Assembly (NCBI GenBank): GCA_002633005.1 | Contig: NMRA01000585.1 | Coordinates: 157,263-221,262, forward strand | Length of the DNA: 64,000 bases | Direction of reading: 5' to 3' | Source of the DNA: Phoronis australis | Lineage: Eukaryota; Animalia; Phoronida | Shown here: positions 38,301-47,300 of the stretch, one piece after another | Layout: each line of letters starts with the position of its first letter | Position numbering within the stretch: position 1 is the first letter of the stretch | Made by a program: the position numbers and the translations under genes | Notes under the pieces: model-generated | The model's database searches: none | What the model saw: only the letters and a program-made list of their open reading frames with translations | What the model was told of the DNA's origin: nothing

Positions 38301-41300
38301 TTGGTCGTAGAAGTGCATATAGTTCTTACAGTAAAAAGAGTGGAAACAAAGGTGATTTAGTTGTTGACTTGGCATTTGGTTTGCACCTGCGTTCCAGTGG
38401 TTTTTCTGTTAACAAACTTGAGTGCTGTGGTTCAGTTTACATTTTCAGAAGGGACTCTGCAATTCATTAATTTGCCAGAATTGTTTTAATTTAATTTTTG
38501 AGAGTACTAAAACAAGTGTAAACATTATTTCCACCTAATTCGTTGTGTTAGACCTATGGTAAGAATTGCGTGTATAATTTGTCCTGTATATTCTGATATT
38601 TTGCCATTGCATCAGAGATTCGCTGTATTAGCATAAAATTAAGAGTGTCTAAGTCTTCGTTTTCCCTTGATACCATTCAGTGTCGAGTGAATAACTTTTG
38701 CATTATCACAAGATTTCAGAAATTGCAGCTTACGTCTTTGTGTCTCGCCATTGACTTTCTGTGAACTTGTTACTTATTTCCATCAGACCTACTGGGACTG
38801 AGTGCCCTGTCAGCCACTCCCACTTCACCAAGCAGCAGCACAGCTCAGCCAATGAGGGCAACCTCACCAGGTGCGTTTTTGTGCAACGACTGAATGTTTG
38901 AATGATCTTTCAGAAATCGTAGGTGGCCATTATTGGATGCTGATTAGATTGACCATCCTGTTCACAAGGAATTTTAGCAATGCACATCCTCTTGTCAATT
39001 GCCCTATTTTTATTATTTTTTTCTTGGCCCGAGAGATTGCTAAATAAATCTCTAAACTCATACTTCTTCACTCCTGTCTGATTTTATTGACTCATGAGTA
39101 GACATTGTCTTTAATTCTAGTGTTATTCATAATGTTGAACATTTCAAGCTGCGTTTTGCCCCGTTTGGTTAGGGAACAAAAACGGAAGTTGGCTTTCCGC
39201 TCTCATAAAATGAGTCTCATAATATTCCTTAATGTGACATAGTTCTATTTCCATTACCAACAAGAACATGGAAAGTAAACGCTTCAGAGTTTATTTGGGT
39301 TAGCCAAGCCTAAAATTGCTTATTCAAAAATGTTTCATTTATGCCTGTGAGTTGAGTTGCCGGCTCCTTCAACTACATTTCAAAGTAGGATAGGCTGTAA
39401 GTGGTCACTTTGGTTTCATTATCACAGTTGGCACTTTCTTTAGGTTTAATGGACCTTAGTCCCCTGGACCCTCTGGACCCCAAAGTCCCCTCCTACACTG
39501 CTGGTGTGCCACCCCTACCCGGACAAAATCCTGGACATGCAGGTATGCAGTGTGAGATTTAGTGCAGTCATGTTAGGAATACTGACAAAAATGCTTGTGA
39601 CGCTAATAACAGCAATTAAATATAACTAATAACAATAACCGCCATAACGCTATTAACAACAAAAATCAGTGTTTTATGCTTTGCAATTATTGTTTGTCTC
39701 CAGAGGAATTTAATTAATACTCTTTCACTGCCACATTTCTTGGGCTTGATCTACTTCGCACTGTAGATAAAACTTTGAGGAAATGGAAAATATCAGGTTC
39801 TGTAGCAAAGGATAATTTATGCTCTTTTTGCAACAATACTTCCAGATTCGTTTCAGAATTTTGATGTTTATCATTGTACATTTCAAACTTATACGCCAAG
39901 TCAGAACAATGGATGTCTCCGACAAGTGCGTTATGTTGCCCCACCATAGTTACTGTTCACTCATTGCAAAGGCACTGTAATCCTCCTGCAAGTGGACCAC
40001 TAGAACCGATTCATGTCGAAGTGTTCCCGATGATATGTCACTGAGACTGTTAACGTATATGGATAACACGATAACAAAGGAAGCTGGGGGAAAAATTAAC
40101 CCTTTCACTCGACTACATGTCAACAAATCCAACACTTTGAGTTCGTTCATAGATTTCATAATCCATTTACATCAAGTGAGCTTCATTCAGGTGTCAGATC
40201 AGTTCAAACAGCAGGTACTGTGGTTGATGGTTTATTGTTCAAGGACATGTTTAGGTGCATTGGTAAGCTATCCCATAGTACAACTGACTGGGGAAAACTG
40301 AATTCAAATGATGAGACGACATTAAGTTTTCTTTGTGGCCACTGTTGGTCTGCTGAATGAGAATACATGACTGAGTCTTGGGGTGTTAGCGAGGTCACGT
40401 TTTTGTAAGCCACGAGCTATATGTGGTGTCACTGTTTGCCTAATTCTTACCATACACTTTTAAAGAAAAAGGGAAATATTTGTAAACGTTGCTAATGTGA
40501 ATTTAGTTTACTTTAAACTTCTTTATTCTAACGTATATCCCGGGGCGTAAGTTAAGCAAATTGCGATGGGTACTGCATGCTTTTATATATTCAGTGAGCT
40601 CCATTCCTTGTAAATTTTTTATCTGTGAGTGTCCACTGCTCATCGAAAGACCATCTTTCTGCTTTCATTGACAACAAATGTTTGTGAGGATGATCATTGT
40701 TTACATAGATGAATTTCGAAATAACTGCGTCTTATTGGAATTCGCTTTCCCGCCAGACAACAGTCAGGTGTTTGGCGGACAGGCAGTCAGTGCCACCTAC
40801 AGATCCCATGTAATGCGGACAAGAGGTTTCAACCTATTGGTATAAACAATGTTTTAATACCTTTCTTGCTATCATAATGCCGACAAAATTTCACAGGTGT
40901 GCGGTTGGTTGTACTAATGTCTTACAAGAAAAAAGGCGGCCCTTTTGAAATATCAATGGATGAACAAAGACATCATGTTCCATACATTTTCTACTGTGAA
41001 GAAGAATCCGCGACTAAAGCCATTGGTTGTGGCGGATAAAGCAGAATTTTGATTCCAGCCGGAGTCAACAACCTAAAATAAATAAGTGAACTTATGCTAA
41101 CCAAACAATAGGAGGGTCTGACAGTGGAATCTATTCCACTGCTTTTAAATTAACGAACCGTTGTATAGTAATTATAGCAATTGAATTTCTGTACTCCAAA
41201 TCTGAGTCACGATCAATAGGAAGTCATTTTCGTGCTCTCATTACTCTAGAGAGCGCCAATATGAAAAATCCCCCATTGCCTTGTCCTGCTGTTAGCTAAG

Positions 41301-44300
41301 AATAGTAGTTTGATTGTTGTGTTTAGATTATTGAGATCCATTCATCATACCTGAGGTAACTGAGCTGTATGACAAATGAACTCCAACAAAATCCAAATGA
41401 AAAGGAAAACTCATGCTGTAAAGACCATTTTATTTCAAAAAGAGAGGCTGGTGTGAAGTGATCCATTGGTCTCCTGATTGGGATATCAAAACTTGACTGA
41501 ACTAAAATAGGTGCTGCTGTCACCAAATGGTGATGCTTTTTTGCCAGACAGGGCACATGCGAAGTGGCTGCTAGGCGACATTGGTAGTGACTGAGTTTAG
41601 TTTATGCTAAATTTAACTTTTGAAAAATGCATTCACGGAAGTTACCGTGTGCTCATATTCGATGCTCAAATTGCAAAACTTTTACGCTATTCTTAACTGT
41701 GATAAACTCACTGTATTGTCCTTTGTTAGTTGTTCATTTGTTTCTTCTTTACTGACTATACAGATACTGCGAGTTAATTAAAACTTGGCAGCTTAAAAGG
41801 ATTTCAGCGTGATAGAAAACCACAAATCACCTGTGCTCAAAAATGAGTTATGAAGTGCCACCTAACTGAACACTTTGGGGCTGTTTCTCGGAGGTCTATT
41901 GTCTTCTGTCTTTTTTTGCTAAAAATCAGTGCACGGATGGCTTATCCTGTTTTGTGGAATCGAACCAAGGCTGAAAGTTAGAAAATCAGTGTTCAAGTCA
42001 TAGTAAAAAGTCAGAAATCCATAGTTTGCAGACTAAAAGTCAAAGTCAAGGGACAAAAATCAACTTTTGACTATAGACTCTCCAAAAAACATGTCCCAGA
42101 TCTCTCCGTGGCATGATTAATTTCTGGTCACTGACTTTCCACCTACATGCGTTATACTATTGATTAACCGCCCCCCTCATCACCATCTCACTTCTGCATC
42201 TAGCCACAATGTTGGTTTATGTCCCCTTTTGCATTGAAAGCATCTCGTTTCCTGCCTTTTGCTTATTAATCATTGATGAAGTCAATGAGTGCTTTAATTA
42301 AATTAAGTTAATTTCTATCAACAGTTCTTCCCCTGTCTTATTGATGATGTCAGTTCTTGCCATATTCTCTTGGGAGTCTGGAAGATAATCACATTCAATA
42401 AATTAAATGGTGCGAAGATTGGCAGATCCTCTGTAGACAAACATAAAATCCACCGTGTAGTCCCATTTAGATGCTGTTTTTTAGATAATGTTGTTCAATG
42501 ATGACTTTGTTTTTATTATTTGTTTCTGTAACCAAGTTATGTCTGAAGAGAGTCATCAGTCACCGTTTCACTTGATTATTCTTATGGTGTTGCACGTTCT
42601 AACAGATAGACTCCGTTGTAGTAAGATAAGTTATTTTTCTTTTGTTAGCCGTGACTGTCATGAATGTAGGAAGCTTGCCTTGGTCATCTTTGACCCCAAC
42701 CATGACCTTTGCCCCTGTTGGAGGTACATAATTCTTAATATCATTTTTCGTTTGTGTTAATTTTTAGTTGCTTACCTATATTTTGTTGTTGGCAATACAT
42801 ATTATTTATCTTGTGGGGTTTGTGAAGTTGCAATCTAGTCACTACTGACGGTGAATCCAAATGACACCACGATAGTTGGGATGGTATTTTATTACATACA
42901 AACTGTCATGGAATTTAGTCCATATATGATTTATATTCAGTGTGGTGTCCTTACTGATGCTATGAGCAGGTACTTGTGTCAATATTCATTGAGTTATAAT
43001 TCGAGTTGTAATGTGTGGGACTGATGTCACCACAGCAGTTGTGTCACTAGTATTTTCAGGATATCCCTTTCTTTTCTCAGGCATGGCCTTCGTTGGAGCG
43101 CTCCCTCCAGCTGCTTACATGCCAGGTTGGACCTTAAGCATTTTATTGCAGTTTACATCTGTTAGTTGATACCTAAGTCATGTTTTAATAAAGGCTCCGC
43201 AGCATATGTTTGAAGTAATTCACCAAGTATGACTATCTAGATTATTGTCAAGCTGTTTTTTGTTATGTATGGTGCATCATTCTTTCTTTATTTTGCAAGC
43301 TGCGGGATTGAGTAACCCAATTGGGGGAACACCAAACTCCCTTCTCAAACAACATTTAACTCAAGCTCGTAAGTAATGCCCTGTAGTTCATCCCCAGCTT
43401 AGCACTCACATCCAAACTGAAATAAAATTGAAGATCTATGACTGTTTTTTCACCGCATTTGCTCCCAAGTGTATAGGAAACCTGTTGTGCTATGACTAAA
43501 ACTACATAGATAAAGAATGTTGTTTCTCTCCACCAGCTGTGATGGGCTATTATATGCCGCACATGCCAGTGGCAGCTGGGGGCCAAATACAGGGAGCTGT
43601 CCCCGCCATGCCTGGTCCTATGCCAGGTATACAGCCACCCTCTTACCACATGGCCATGGTCGGCTCGGGTGTGGTACCTACGGGTGAGTAAACTCCATTG
43701 TGTTCTCTTTGGGGAGCCAATAAGGCACTCTTAATGACAACCCACCTTCACCCTTGAAAATTTCTTGTAAAGTGAGCAGTATGTAGATACATAAAGGCTC
43801 TGTTGTTGTAGGTAAATTTTGATATCTGTGAAGAATGTTTGAAACAGTGAATGCTGTCTTGTGGGCATCCTGGTATTCGTTTATTCTTGTCAATGATTTA
43901 CCAGGTCACACAGTTCAAACTGAGGCTCAGTCCATACCTGTAATCATCAAAACATCTGACAACAACGAGACAAAAGGTATTCCCCCAGTGCTAGACCTGC
44001 TGTGACCTCAATTAGTTCACTGGAGCAGCACTTTTTGTTTCATGCTTTATTGATTTGCTGAAAGCCTTTGATAGTGTTTTCACACTAAATGAGCTTGCTT
44101 TATCAAGTTGCGAGAAGTTGGAGTGTTTGATTCAGTAGCTAGTGTTTATTGTTTGTGAATACTAATAGCTGTGGTGTGCATGGTGACTGTATTTCATCTT
44201 AGTAAACAATGGTGCCATTAGTTATCTTGAAAACCTTTAAGATCTGTGCACATTTGAACTTGGAAATGTGCATATTTCCGTATTGAACACAACGTGTCCT

Positions 44301-47300
44301 CCATGTTAAAAATGTATAGAAACCAAGTTTAGTTTGCTTTACGCTTCAAACAAGGAATGTAATGTAGCCGATACATTTTTGTTGCACTTGTTCAATCTGA
44401 GCATGATGTTGTATTGTTTGTGGCATGAATTTCCCCTAAATGTATCTTTGTCTTCCATCAGCCAGCATCATAGATCTGGGTAATTACTTTCCGGCTGGCT
44501 CTCCAAGTCTGAAAAGGGGTGAGTTGGCCTTTGACCATCTTTTGCAGTGCAGTGCTGTTAATTTGCCCCCAACTTGATATTCTCCACTAATGTTAGAATA
44601 AAGATAAGGTAAACTAGCATGATGAAATTTATGACTTTTGTTTTGATTATCACTCATGATCTCAAAGGCTTGTCACTGGCTTTAAACACTGCTTACTCCT
44701 GCATGCCTCAGCTAAGGGACGTACCCTGCAAGAACTTGCTGCTTCACCGCCCTCCGTGTCTGTCGCTTCGTCTAACCCTGCCTCTGTTGAAGACTCTGCT
44801 CCCCCTGTTGAGAACGCTCTTGATCTTTCGGCTGCTGACGATTGCAGTGAACTAGGTCAGTGGGTCACAATTGTAGAATCCTTTTGATAAGTGTTTTGCG
44901 ACTGCTGACTTCACATTTTGTCATCTTTCTGGTATGTAATTCGATTAGTGCATCTTAAGATTTTGGCAGGTGGATTAAGACTACTCTTTCTGAGTTACCA
45001 AGCTTCCTTTCTAATATACACAACTCTTCTGGTTGTCGCTTTTAGCTTTCTACGTACCGAGAAGAGGCAAACTTGCTGTAGCCTTTCAATATTACCAAGT
45101 AATTGTGTTTTTCTAGGTAATTTGTAGCCATTTATTACAACCAATCTTCTGAAACAAAATTAAATAAGTTTTAGTCAACGATATCTGTATTACAATAGAC
45201 TCACCTTCTCTACCTTATTCCTTGAATTAAGAATTATTTTACCATCTTGACTGAGAACTCGTAGAGTTTTATAGCTGCCAGTAAAATACAATGAGTTGGT
45301 CTAGTTGCGATTGTACTTGTAAAAGTCTTGTTAGATTAAAGTTGGTTCTGCTCTCTGGATTTTGTTTTGAATGAGTTGGTGGTGTAGTATTTTTTTTTTT
45401 TTTTTGGTTGCTTACTTGTTCATAGAATATACTTGAGACAAGCAAAAATGATGGGGGATTTTTTTACTATTCACTTGGCAAATCATGGCGCTACGAACCT
45501 TGCTTACATGCCTTTGTGCCTCTTTTCAAAAAAGCAGGAGACCATGGCTGAAATTTATTTGGGCAGGTGTTTTGTTTTTCTTTTTGGTCGATAAGCACAT
45601 GCCTCAAAATGAGTCGGGGAGGGGATTACAGAGTATGCTTATTTTTGGCTTTCTATTATTTATTATGGAGATTGCTTTTTCTGATTACAGTTTGGCAGAA
45701 AGGGGAAAGGGTGAAAATTTTATGACAACTGGAGCAGAGAGCAGTTCAAATTAATTTTGTTAACTTATGACCCTGTAATGCGGCACTGAATCAATCTTAC
45801 AAAAATACAGCAATGAGAAATTTGGACATTCCTTTTCTGCAGAATATCTTGTTTAGCTTGTTACTAATCCTTTCACTGGTCATTCTAGCCTCAGGATCAC
45901 CAGCCAAAGCAGTGTTAAACACATCAGCACCACCGAGTCCAGGGAAATGTAAGCACTGATCAGCAGTTAGCCAACTTGGCTGTACTGCTCAAGCATTTGA
46001 AATTTAAGTTGAATTCTAAGCTTCTGTATAAAACTATGCTTTTTATTGTCTACTGATTGTTTGCATTGATTGATGATTCGTTTTCTTATTTTACAGTATA
46101 ATCGTGGTCGTTTATCTTATTCTGTGTATTTCTTTTGCAAGCTATCTCCGGACGTGCCAGTCCAGCGTCCACTACGGGTGACTCAGGTGACTAGACACTC
46201 GCTGTTGTGATGTTGCATTTTATGATTTGTAGACGGCGACGCGAGAGCAGGCCAGGACACCCCCTAGTTATGTGTGCACTACCCGTGTTTATGTTGATCG
46301 ACCTGGTGTACATATTGAATGGTGGCTAGTATTTCTGAAGGTCTTTACCAGGGCTCCACAGCCCCTTTTGATGTGAGCATGACCCGGGAAAATGTATTTG
46401 TCACTGTGAATGTGTGTGGTTGGATAGAGCGAGTGCTGGCGTTTAGCCTGGTGTAAGCCAGTAAGTGTATAAATGACAGTAGAAGACTTGGTTGAATTTC
46501 TTTAGTGGGATTTTCACTTACTTGTCCATCATTTTAGGATTTGACGGTTTTGGAGAAGTTTTACAGCCACAGAAAAATGAGCCACAGATGAAACCACAGC
46601 AGCAGAAACTATTCCACGACAACGTCGACACAAGCTTAGCGTCGCTAGCAGACAACCTAGCCATTAACCCCTCAGCACAGGTTAAAAAGTGAGTGTGTTT
46701 CTAAAGTTCATTTGTTTCCCACTTAGATTTAGCCAGTAGCGTCACAATTCTTTAGACTGTACGCAGAACTACCTTGGTATGACAGGCTTCTTAAATGTCA
46801 GGGTCAAAAGTTGAACAATTCATTCTAATGTTCCTTCTCTTTGGACCCGTTTCATCGAAAGTGGTATGCGTAATGGTAACCTACTATTTTTAAGTCTTGA
46901 GTACAACCTATGATCGAACTTCCATAGCTTACAATGTTTTGTTTTCTTTAGAACACAATATCTTATTCACGGTCACATGCCTAAAACATCCCTAGTTATG
47001 ACCTATCGTATCAAGTTTGACAAAAGCAAGCTTTGGGAATATTGAAGTAGCAACGAATTACATTCTCTGTGCGACTACCTTGTTCCAACGATGCAAGCAT
47101 GCATTCTAACAGCTGATTTTGGTGTGAGCTAGATGTCTTTTCAGTTATTTTACATAATTTGACGTTTACCCTCAGACAACCTCTGCAGTGGAAACCACAG
47201 GGTGAGAAGGTGAAGACAGGGGGTGCCAACTTCCAACAAATGAGCATGTCCAGCTCCACAACCACAGCCTGGCAACAGAATGCTGCCCCTATGATGGTGA

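Noticed and set aside
40757-40825. Possible additional phase 1-1 exon ([23 protein letters not shown])
   Set aside because: Good acceptor and 69-nt open frame, but weak donor (gag|gtttca) and adjacent to a THAP transposon remnant; left uncalled
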